Shown in pieces: positions 52,902 through 64,000 of a DNA stretch of 64,000 nucleotides (its first letter is position 1; each line of letters begins with the position of its first letter). The DNA is from Paraspadella gotoi (taxonomy: Eukaryota > Animalia > Chaetognatha): contig CM119269.1 in assembly GCA_051294375.1 (NCBI GenBank), positions 13,548,790 through 13,612,789 of the forward strand, in the 5' to 3' direction. The notes under the pieces are model-generated. The model saw only the letters and a program-made list of their open reading frames with translations, did not search any database and was not told the origin of the DNA. A program made the translations under genes and the position numbers.

Positions 52902-53550
52902 ATTTTTTCTCCCACTCGACCGACTCTGGTAACGTTCCAAGTTTCAATTTCCGGTTGCAAAGACCCGAGATAAGTTAACCGGAAAATCGTCGACGATTTA
53001 GGCACCATTTACAGTCCTGACGGGTTTTTTTAAAATTTTTTATTTGCGTGTTGTTTTTCTTTCTTTTTTTTAGTTTGCGAGATAAGCGCGAGATGGCGGT
53101 AGTGAGGGGAACGTGGGTGGGAAGGATCAAGGACGGAATAAGAAAAAAGAACAACACTTTCCGCCTAAAAAAAAACTTTTTTTCTTGTTTTGTACTTTTT
53201 TGTTTTCTCTTCGACAAGGTCGAACCGATACTAAGGTTTTTCTTTTGCTTTTTCTTTTTTCTTTCTCAACGGTGAAACGTCTTTTGTTATTTTGTTTTTT
53301 GTTGCTTTCCGATTTCCCCGGCCGACAGGTGGGGACGCCGTTGTTGTTTCCGTCGTTGTTCGATAGATTATCGGCGAGAAGAAAGAATATAAAAAAGGTC
53401 TGACCTTTTTTCGGTTCCGCTTGAGGTCAGCAGCTTCGATCGGTTTCTCTTCCTCGATGTCTCCAGAGTCTCGCCGCCCGCGACCCGAATTCGATAAGAG
53501 AGGACCGCGTCGTGTGTCAGCGAAAAAGAGGGGAAACCTGAGGACCTGGG

Positions 53551-53652
<102 letters not shown>

Positions 53653-54857
53653 AGAACAAAAATCTTTACTCAAATTTACTATCTAATTTGACAAGTACAT
53701 AACTGGATACAATTCATCCAGGCATTTGAATCTTATTAATTCTGAGGCGTCTATGGGGGATTTTCAGCGAATCAGTTGCAATGATTATCATTTCGTTTTT
53801 AAAAGTAACTGTTGTTTACGTATAGATTGATTAAATGTAGGTAAAAAACATAATGTAACTGAATGACTCTTAGTTCATATAAAATAATAATTTAATTTCT
53901 TCATCTCAGAGGCATATTGTAGCAGTTGAGATTATTTACTATATTCGGTTTTCTTACAAGTTTGTTATTATTGTTTTGGAAAAAATAAAACTGCGTCTAA
54001 ATCCAAATACGTCCAAATCATGATTTCGTTCAAAACATATTTCATCTTGCATACTTTTATTGTAAAATATAATCACCGTCACGTGTTCAAAATAAAAAGT
54101 GCCTCGTTCCAAATATACAGAGATTGTTGCCAATTCCGCTTCGCATAGTATGAATCTCATTTGCTTCCCGCAAATGTAAACACATCGCGTCGCACGCCAA
54201 ACTGCAGGAACAGGAAACCGTCATCTCGATTCATCTCATGACTCTTTTGTCGAAATTGTGTATTTTTTTTTTTTTTTTTGGCGACGCTGTTCCGGTCGCC
54301 GCTGCTCAAGTCGCGTGCCGCTCGATTTGTGGACGATTTGTGGGGGACTTGTGGGGGGTCAATGGACTCGAGATAAGAACCGAGAAGGAGATAGAAAAGT
54401 CTAGAAAAAAAAAACCACATCGAATCCTTTAATCCTCGCCCCCCCCCATCCCCCCTCCCCCGTATCCCGCCCACACACAAAAGAGGAAATCGCGAATGAC
54501 AGAAACCACAATAAATGTTTTCGTTTTTTGGCTCCTGATGTAAAATCAGTCGATTTCTTCAAAGAATAAACACAAATATGAGAAGGAATTACTGTTTATC
54601 TAGTGAATAAAAGTTACATTAAGAAAAACAAAGAGAAAAGAGAAAAATTAAATCTTCCGTCGCGAAAATCGGTGGCAAAAAAAAAAAGAGCGAATTTAAT
54701 ATCTAAACAAAAGGCTAATCGTCGAACACAAAGTTTTAACATTCAAATATTTACAATCAAATTATTTTTCTTTTTAAATGTAACAATTTAAATTCATTAT
54801 CAGTCGACCCACGATTCCTTTTAATTGACTAAACTTCAAAGGAGAGAGGAAAAGGTA

Positions 54858-55212
54858 GTTGACCAAGTTGACCAAGTTGACCAAGTTGACCAAGTTGACC
54901 AAGTTGACCAAGTTGACCAAGTTGACGCAAGTTGACCCAAGTTGACCAAGTTGACCAAGTTGACCAAGTTGACCAAGTTGACCCAAGTTGACCAAGTTGA
55001 CCAAGTTGACCAAGTTGACCAAGTTGACCAAGTTGACCAAGTTGAGCAAGTTGACCAAGTTGACCAAGTGTGACCAAGTTGACCAAGTTGACCAAGTTGA
55101 CCAAGTTGACCAAGTTGACCAAGTTGACCAAGTTGACCAAGTTGACCAAGTTGACCAAGTTGACCAAGTTGACCCAAGTTGACCAAGTTGACCAATGTGA
55201 CTCAAGTTGACC
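54858..55212 (+). repeat. 9-bp tandem repeat (GTTGACCAA)n, ~39 units, ~110 bp downstream of the GSAP stop
   Basis: Visible directly, with a few 1-bp variants. Confidence 0.97.
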
Positions 55213-55321
55213 ATGCCTGGCTCACCCAATGCTCAAGAAACGGAGCGGAAATTCCTCTTCAATCTTTCGCCCATTATTCCCCCCGTCGTTCGTCGTCGTC
55301 GTCGTCGTCCCTCCACCTTCT

Positions 55322-56660
55322 TTAATCTCCCTCCACCACTAAGCCCAAAATCTCCGCCACTCTCCTCCTCCTCCTCCTCTCCCTCTCTCTCTTTCTCCTC
55401 TCCCTCTCCATCTTTTTTCTCGGCAATAAATCCTCGTACTCTTCCTCTTCTTCTTCCTCCTCCTCGTCCTCGATCGATCCGTCCGCGACCTTCAACGCCC
55501 TCTTCGCTTCCTCCGTCGAAAACTCCGCCACGAGGCTTCGGACGACCTTGACGTCCGCCGGAGCGAGGTGCCGACGCTGCCGGGGCGTCGCCGACTCCGC
55601 CGCCGACGCTGACGAGCCGTTGGAGGCCGGGGTCGGATCCTCTTCCGCGGGAGGAGGGAAGAAGTCGGATCTGAGCTGAAGAGCGAGTCGAGGGGAGACG
55701 CCGCGGACGACGCCGTTGACGAGATACTGCGGGGTGGGTTTGGGAGAAGGGGAAGTGACAAGAGGAAAGGGTGAGGGAAGAATGACAGTAGGAATAACGA
55801 GGTAAGTTAGTGGAATAGAAAAGAAGAAGTCGAATGTGTGACCAACTCACCGTGTGAAAGACTCTGAGGTGAAGACACTGAAAGGCGCAGAAGCCGAAAA
55901 GGTCGAAGGTTCCTTGAGGCAGAGGAAGGCAGAGCTCCTCCGCCAGAATCAGGAGATGCTCGAGACAGTTGAAGCGGAAGTCGTCCAAGTCCGTCGCCCG
56001 ATGCTTCAAGTTTAAATCTTGAAGGTCGCGCTGTTGATGTAGTGAGAGAGGGATGTTTTGATGTAATGAGAGAGATTTAAGAGATTTCTTTTTCGCAGCT
56101 GCACCTCACCTCTCCGTCGTTAGCGGTGACTTTCCACAACAGCTGCATAACCCTCCTGCATTGTAGCAACTGCAGCTTGGAATAATCGAGAACGTGTGAC
56201 CAAATTTTAGCTCGATCTTCGTTGGAAGAGCATCTCTTGACGAGGTGATTGACCATCTGCGACCGCATTCTGGCCACCTATAGAAAATTGGTTGGTTTCA
56301 AATGGCTACAACAGCAAGTCGTGGGCGACAGACCGACCGACCTTTGACTCTTGCTCTTCCTCCATTCTGTCGCGAGATAGAAAGTGAAGATCGGGAAGAG
56401 ACGGACCATCGATGCTTTCGCAACATGCATCGACTTGACTAGAGTCGAGTTTACCGGAGTCGAGTTTACCAATGACAGTCGAGTAACCCGGCGACTTGAC
56501 CGTCGAACGGGACCGCAGTGGAAAATAGGAGAAGAAGCCTGGAGGGAAGGAATTTAAGGCGAAAAACGGAGAAAAAATATTTGATATTAAATAAATAAAT
56601 AAATTAATAATAATAATAATTAATAATAATAATAATAATAATAANNNNNNNNNNNNNNNN

Positions 56661-56696
<36 letters not shown>

Positions 56697-59600
56697 TGTA
56701 GTGGGTACGATAGGAATATTTAACTTCTTTTTTTTTCCTTTATTTTTGCTCTCTCCGGATTTGTTTGTTAATATGACAACAACAAAAATTATTAATAAAT
56801 ATCTACACATCGACCAGTTGCTTTAGGATTAGTTTAAACTACCTTTTTCCTGGAAGGTCAATTACGCAATGACGTGACAATCGAATAGTTCATAAAGCAC
56901 AACAAAAAAATCCCCGGCATGCAATTCCCGGCAATCCCCGGCAAGAACATGCAATTCCCAGCAATGTCCGGCAGGAACATGCAATTCCCGGCAATCCCCG
57001 GCAAGAACATGCAATCGCGACAATGACCTCCGCTCGGCATTGATTCCACCGAAGCAGTTCGAATCCCGGCCGTGCGTCCGACGGGCGACACGAGCGACGC
57101 CCGCGTATCCCCGACGACACCTCCTCTACCCGGAGATCCCACCGCGACGTCGCCGGCGACGTATTCCCAATTGTCCAAGAGCGCCGTGGAATCCGGACCG
57201 GCGCCGAGTGATCGAGGATCGAATGGCGCCGGACGAACGCGAAGAACGTTTGACTGTGAGAGAGAAAATTGGCAATTAGGTTATATAGTTATTATATGTT
57301 GTTGTATTAGGTTGCTCATCTATGTTTAGTCGTTTTTTATCTGTAAAAATATATTGTATTTTAAAAACAAAATATTTTTTTGGCAGTTTGTTTTTTCTTT
57401 AGAATTATTTTAATCTTTAATCAATATTTAATTGAAAAATGCTAGTCTCAGATTGTCTTATGAATTATAACATATAAATATATATATATTGATAGTACCA
57501 ATTTCATATGAAGTTGTTCTTTAGCTTTAAGTACTAATCGAACGTTTTGTTATCGTAGTTCATCATTTAATTGTTATTTGTCACGCTCATCATTCCGACC
57601 TTTAATCTCGTCCAAAATTCCCCATTGTCGACCGACGCCTCTGCAGCCGCCGCAGCCGCCGTTCCCGTCATCGCCGACGGTCCCGGCGGAAAACTCCGGC
57701 CCAAACGCCGCCGGAGCCTCTGGGTCGCCGCAGCCGCAAGAAAAACAACAGAAGGGGGCGTGACTTTTACGGCTGCGTCGACACGTTGAGCGCGGAACCT
57801 CTTGGTCACGTCGCGGTCGGTGGTGCCGCTTCTGTTTTTGTGTGTTTTAAAGTGAGAAAAAGTGTGATAAATTGTAAAGTACAATTTAGCTCACAAACCT
57901 CTTGAGAGCGGGATTCTCCATCTGACAGTCTCCCCTGGAACTGGTGGAGGGAAAGGCCCCCCTGAGATGCCCGTCCACTAACTTCGTCATCTCCACGAAA
58001 GATTTGGTCATCACGAATTCCGCAATGAAGTCGGCGGCCACGTGACTCGCCTTCTGCTCCGCCAACGCCCGAAGCAACGCCTTAATATAGTCGAAGTTAT
58101 ATATAGATATATAGAAACAAAGACAAAAAGTTCTGTAATTTAAACAACGTTGAAGTGTAAAAATGTATGATTGTCTTTGAAATTGGATATTGAGGTTGCA
58201 ATTATAAAAAAAAATCTATTTTCTTCCTTCTTTTCAAAAATGTTTACCTTCTAGTAAAATAGACAAGAAATCGATAAATTATTGTACTATGATGATGTTG
58301 AAATTTTAGAAAATTATTTTTAACTTTCGGCTCACTTATCATCAAATAGCGACCTATGGCTATGCGTGTAATAACTGTAATATGTTGTACATACTGCACG
58401 TCCTCCGCATATTTCTCACCTCCATGATAAAATCATCCCGGTTGACGGCGGCGAGATGAACGATCGCCCTGACAACCCTTCCCCTTCGACCGGCGTGAGC
58501 CTCTATCGGGGGTCTAGTGTAGTGGACGAGTCGTTGGGGATCGAGGGAAACTACGAACGCGACGGAGGAAACCAGATCCAAGATGGCGCAACAGCTGGCA
58601 CGCTAAACAAGAGCAAAATACCTTTAACAATTTTAGCCAATTCAGAACTTTAAAATATTATATAAAATCATATTGTTTGGGCAATGTTTTGTCCTAAGTC
58701 AGAGTAGAGAAAGCTTATTTAATGAATGAATGAATCATTGTAAGAGAGCTAAATGGTCCTAAAATAACAGTATATTTAGCTTAATTTAAGACTAGTCAAT
58801 GTCAAATGAGATTGATGAACTCAATCACATTCTTGGTTCCTTCCTCATATCATTTTATATTGGTTTTACCAGTTTTATAATTGTAGTAACTAGAAAAAAC
58901 TTAAATACCAGAGTTAACAATAAACCATCGTAATAAAGAATCAGAACCAAAATCTTCAATACGTTATTAAAATCCGACGATATGCAAATGAGATTATAAG
59001 ACTTAATTTTATTTGGGGGAAAATTTCTCAAAAATTGCAGTCGCACTTTTTTCTCAAGTTTAACCGTTTCCTTAGCGACTAAACGCCAACAACGTTTTCT
59101 ACCTCGCCGCAAATAGGAAAAGATCCCAAGTGAAAAGCGGCGCTGGAAGCAGCGGCGACTGGCGACCTCTTGGAAACGGGCGACGTGTCGCCTCTGGATG
59201 GATTCTTGGCGGAAGCCGTGTCTTCAGTGGAAGCGTCGCTAACGGTGTCGCCGCCGCCTCCGCTTGCGCAGCCGCTACCGCCGCCGCCGCTGCTGCCGCC
59301 ATTTTCATCTTCTGGATAGAGAAAAGCTTCGCCGACTGGGGAGTCGTTGTCTTCGGCGTCGTGGGAATAGAAAGAGTACCTGTTCGAACGATGGTAAGTT
59401 AAAAAAAATGTTTTCGACCTTACCAAACTCGAAACTTACCTCAAGGTAGGCAGTCCGCGTCTTCTAATTGGAAATCCGACTCCCAATTCAAAGGCTTTCG
59501 TGGATCGGTGAATTGTCGAGTCGTTGTTGTTGTTGTTATCCTCGTCGTCGTCGTCTTCGTCGTCGGGCGCCTCGAATCCGTGGGACATTCTCACGTGATT

Positions 59601-61240
59601 TGAAGTCGGATCATCTTCGGGTCTTAAAAGGGAAATATTTTAAAACTTTAGATGTTAACCAATCTATTGAAAACGTTTAATACCATGAATGAAAAAACAC
59701 TGGCGAACTTAGCTTTAATTTTTTTTTATTAAAGTAACGAAAAATGGTATGAAAGTTACCGCGCCAGTTTTTCTTTTCATAAAATTGGTAAAACCAACAT
59801 GAAAATTATTCAGTAATTCTATAAACAAGCTATCTTGCCCCCGAATTTGGTCAGGATACGGTGGGTTAACATATAACAATAAGAAATAAGCATTTTTACC
59901 TCAAAATGTTAAGTAAATGAAAAGCGAGGCCGGGATAAAACACAAGCAGGTGAGAATCGAGACGCCGAAACGCGAGACGAATTTCTTGTCCAGGCCGAAA
60001 ATGCTGCTGTTGCTGCGTGCCCTGCAGCAGCGGAACCGCGCATCTCAGCATCAAATTGTGGTGCAACGCCATTACGGAATATCCGACGCAACTTTGACTA
60101 ATCGAGAACAGACAGGAAATAATTAATTATGTGGAACGAATCGTGGCAATATTAATAGTAAAATTGCTAGACTGAGATGTCGAGTTTAGTTAATCGTTGA
60201 CCGACCCTGGGGTTTCCATATTAACTATTAACGGTTAATAACGATAACCAATTCGAATGCATACGTGATTGCCGTCGATGGTGTCGTCGACGCCCCGGAT
60301 TCGCTCAACGTCGCAGGCGCCACCTTATCATTCTCGTCCACTCGTTGAAGGCAGAAACAGAGGGCGCCGACGGAGTCGTGTCTCACCACGGCCGCGTTGA
60401 CGCACCTGTCGCCCACGATCGGCGTCATGGGCGTCAAGTGGGCGTAGTCGCGTCGCGATCCTGGTGTGGAAATGTGAAAAATTTACAACCAACAGGAATC
60501 CAGGTTAGCTTTCAAAGCGACCTTTATTTTTAGTTTTGGATAATTTTGCTTAATTTTTATCTGGTGATTAAAACTAATTAGAACCCAGTGTATTTAATGC
60601 GGATAATTACCTTCATTGGGTTCGAATCTCCATGGCAACGGAGCCTCCAGCGTCATCGCGAATCTGGCAGAATTAGAGAATTTAAAGGCGAAAAGAGAAG
60701 AGGAGGGGGAGGAGGAGGAGGAGGAACAACGACGAGTTTTGCAGGAAGACGACGAAGAAGTTGTCGATGAGTTCGTCGAAGCAGAGGCGTCCTCTCCGGC
60801 GGACGTAGAGGGCGCGTCTGAAACTCCGGAAACGACCACGAAAAGTTCCTAGAGACGAAAGCGAAAGAACGAATCAAACTCATTTAACTTCGACGATGGA
60901 ACAAGACAGAATACAACTGAAAATACCGTAAACATCAATCTTATTCGAAGTCCATCAAAATACTGTAATATGCAAATGATATTTAAGAACGCAATCCTAT
61001 TTGATGTTCAGAAGAAGTATGGTTATATATTGGTTATATTGTATTTTTTTAATTGATTGATTGCCTGCGTTTCGGCGTCCCATTGAAGCCACTGAAAGCC
61101 TTTGACTACTTGCATCGACTCGATTGCCTCGACCATGAGACCGCATCCTTGACGGCGACCCAACGGCAGACAGTAGAGGCCAACGGAATATTGGTGATGG
61201 AAAAAGAGAAGCCAGAGTCGCCGGTCTCGATCGCTGCGAT

Positions 61241-61280
<40 letters not shown>

Positions 61281-62959
61281 CGACGGCGACGACGACGACG
61301 ACGGGTAAAGAAACTGGAGTCGTTGAAAGTGTGATGATTCAACGTTGAGATCGAAGACAGAACGGGAACCTAATTAATATGCATACTATTATTACAATAC
61401 TATATTAAAATATGATAAAATCTGATGTAAGATTGTAAGTATACGTATATTCCGCCAAATCAAGGATCAACAATTCAAGATATATGCTTAATATATATTA
61501 AAAATTAAATCGCTTTTAGTGATGTACATAATTAGTTAATTACCCTATTTGTAACAAAAAGGTCCGTTTTGGTTTTTAAAGATTACCTTCGACTTCGGCC
61601 AGGTAAGAGCGATAGGTAAGTTTTCTTTTCCTCTTCGATCCCTCTTCTTTCGTCTTAGAATTGAGGACCGTGATTCCGACCCAAGATCTCGAATCGTCGA
61701 CGGTGCAGCCGAGGAGTCGAAGGGGCGATCGCCAGTTTAACAGCACACGGTTTCTCTCGGTTGAATTGTTTCTCTGGGTGAAATTGAAGTCGGATAATAT
61801 CACTATTCGTTGGATAAGACTGTTACTACCGTCGGCACAGTAATGGCGCACTCAGCTAAGGCTACATCTCCTAACCTTATGGTCCCACATTCTAGCCCTG
61901 GTCGGAACGGTCCTTGCAAAATATTGCCGATTAAACCACTGCACGATGTTGTATTTTGAAAAAAGACTATCTGGTTAACGACCTGCTCTTTCTTCTGTTC
62001 GCCTATCTGGTATACCGGTAGTAAGCCTGTTATCTTTTCTCTCCACACAAGAGAAGCGACTCTCAATCGTTTGGGTGACTTCAATATATCGATAAAATGT
62101 CGTTGCAGGGTGAACGACACTTACCACTGGCTTGGTCTAAAATTGGGAAACGAACCCATCATCCACCGACGGTTATTGGTGAGGCTAGCAACTCAGTCAT
62201 TACGGCGGAAATAAGACGATGTAGGTGAAGCGTAAAAGGCGGCTCAACTTTGATTCAAATATTCCCGCCGCAGACGGATTTAAATTAAAACCTTTCGCAC
62301 GTGATATTTCTTGAGCTTTATCTTGTCGAAAAAGTAACACTTTCAATGTTTTTTTTCTGCTTTTTTGCTTTTAATTTTTGAAAGTTTCTTCGCGTGTTTA
62401 ACAAACATAAATTGTAACCGAACAAAGCCAGGATTCCCGCGCCGCCCGTACGAATAATAAATATTAAATTATTAATTAATGATAGATACATAATTAATAT
62501 TTTAATATATCGAACGCCTACCGCCGTCTCGTGAACTCCGACGATTGTCACTCTTTGTTCGTCGGCGTCGAAATCGTCCCAAGCGAACAAAATGGCTCCA
62601 TCTCTCTCCCAACCCAAGAGACGAACGCGGATTCTCGAATCTTGTTTCTTTCTCCGTTCTTTAGATCGTTCGCTCCTCGATTCGTTCCGTTCTTTCGATC
62701 GTTCTTTCCGTTCAACGTGACGCCGCTTCGTTCCATCCTCACGTTTTAAGGAGTCAATCGCTTCATTCGTTCCTTTCATCCCGTCCAGCGGATCTTCCAG
62801 ACCCTCGACTCCGCCGAGAACTTCCAGACCCTCGCGACGCTCTCTCGAAGCGCCATCTCTCCGACGCCTGTCGACGAAACCGTTCGAGCGTCGCCAACGA
62901 AGAATGAAAGGGAGAACGTGATCGTCGACTTTGAAGACGGGCTTGAAGGCGAGACTCAT
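55322..62959 (-). CDS. GSAP: Gamma-secretase-activating protein / pigeon homologue, roughly 16 exons (e.g. 62959-62522, 61773-61587, 61369-61065, 60848-60611, 60460-~60264, ~60097-59899, ... 56277-56110, 56030-55851, 55726-55322)
   Basis: Colinear matches to recalled GSAP motifs: FKVDDHVLPFI, RLLGWERDGAILFAWDD, LRLLGCTVDDSR, RLQFLYP, VVKGFQWLQWDAETQ, VGALCFC, GYSVMALH, LDSHLLVFYPGLAFHLLNI, ADFIAEFVM, EFWTRLKSN, WSHVLDYSKLQL, LEHLLILAEELCLPLPQG, YLVNGV. Confidence 0.88.
56912..57016 (+). repeat. 30-bp tandem repeat (ggcaagaacatgcaattcccggcaatcccc), ~3.5 copies, in a GSAP intron
   Basis: Visible directly, next to the exon donor at ~57027. Confidence 0.85.
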
Positions 62960-63507
62960 TTTCGGTCAAATAATGTTTTACGTTTTTTAAAGAGTATATA
63001 AATAAAGTAAATAAATTTCGGGAATTTTTTTGAAATTTTAGCATTCAACTTATTCAAAAGTTTTGTTCGAATTTCTTCTTTTAACTATCACTGCTTATCA
63101 GTGCTTACGCAATCAAACGTAATTAGCCTTATCTGATCAGATAACAGGATTAACACTTTTTATATTTTAACTGTTCCGTTATCGAGTCGATAACGACGGT
63201 TCACGATTACAGTCGTTAAATCAAGTAAACTTCTTTGGCAAAAATCTCTAAGAAGTAGCACGATTTTTTCTCAATTTCAATTTGGAATTTAATATAGAAA
63301 AAAAAATCAATTTTACGTACAAGGAATAAAAATACCGACATCAGGGCCTTGAGCGTTATGAGATAAAAAAAACAAGATAAGAAATACTATAAAAAAATTT
63401 CAAATATTTTTTTTGTAATCTTTCGCGTTTGAAAATATAAATTAATGCTTTCACAATGAACCCTATATAAACTTACTGAAACCGGCTTTATTTTTCTAAA
63501 AGAACCT

Positions 63508-64000
63508 TTATTGGCAGGGACTGATCAAGAATTTAACTTTGCTTTCAGAGTTGGCAAAGATTTCGTCGTTCTCTTCAACTTGGGCGAAGTGACCATTTGT
63601 CCTGAAATAATCGAAAGCAAACCTGATAATTTTTTTTTAATAAAATCACCGATTATTGTATATATCTTAATTAAGTTTGTTAAATAAAAGTTATCACAAG
63701 CTCCATTATCAAAACGAAAGACATTCCAATCAGAGACTGCTCACATTTGAGGCATGCTTGCATCGTTAAAGTCCGACTGAACGGCGACTGCACTCCAACG
63801 CGGGGTGGGCGCTCTGCTGGACACGAAAGCTCCGAGCCGTTGACGAAGCGGCTCGCGATCTCAAAAAGTGGGGAATTGTAAGTTTAAAATTAACTTTGAC
63901 GATTTATTCAATTGTATTTATTCCTTCTGCAACTTTTTTTTTTGCGGTTTCGAGAGTTCCCTTACCATGAAGATTATTTTCGAGTTTGCCGTCTAAGCCA
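63508..64000 (-). CDS. Probable last three exons of an unidentified upstream gene (64000-63966, 63859-63745, 63601-63508)
   Basis: Donors G|GTAAGG and AT|GTGAGC and acceptor TTTCAG give a phase-consistent frame GLDGKLENNLH-DREPLRQRLGAFV...SMPQM-TNGHFAQVEENDEIFANSESKVKFLISPCQ*, with AATAAA at the stop. The middle acceptor (GAG) is weak. Confidence 0.4.

Noticed and set aside
54774-55229. Collagen-like (GQL)n and (VNL)n ORFs
   Set aside because: Frames of the 9-bp tandem repeat; no credible start, signal peptide or exon structure.
60616-60852. Plus-strand acidic coiled-coil-like ORF
   Set aside because: Antisense shadow of a GSAP exon whose minus frame fits the splice phases and homology.

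Overview
Eukaryotic (invertebrate metazoan-like), AT-rich, microsatellite-dense draft scaffold. It has many N gaps (several exactly 25 N) and stretches that read like uncorrected long-read sequence. Most ORFs in the supplied track are microsatellite translations; the real genes are spliced and were assembled by eye from splice sites and recognisable protein motifs. Supported genes: (1) a 14-exon SLC22-type organic cation/anion transporter (minus, 24738-18235), whose last exon and 3' flank appear again upstream; (2) a divergent, frameshifted XK-related (Xkr) membrane protein (minus, 29673-~27269); (3) an unrecognised 5-exon secreted precursor (plus, 32828-36072); (4) a 7-exon CDK5 activator p35/CDK5R homologue (minus, 44373-39421) with two apparent indel errors; (5) a multi-exon GSAP/pigeon homologue (minus, 62959-55322) with a GC-AG intron; (6) the probable 3' end of another gene at the right edge. 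The best novelty candidate is gene 3. It appears to carry an ShK-like cysteine motif that has lost exactly the C1-C6 pair and is split by an acidic spacer bounded by convertase sites (GKR...RR), followed by two Arg9 tracts and a Gln-initiated C-terminal domain, which suggests a prohormone-like, possibly two-chain, ShK-type product. The large palindrome at 5.1-12.1 kb and the duplications at 2.8/13.9/16.5 kb are most likely assembly artefacts. No database searches were run; all homology calls come from recalled family motifs.
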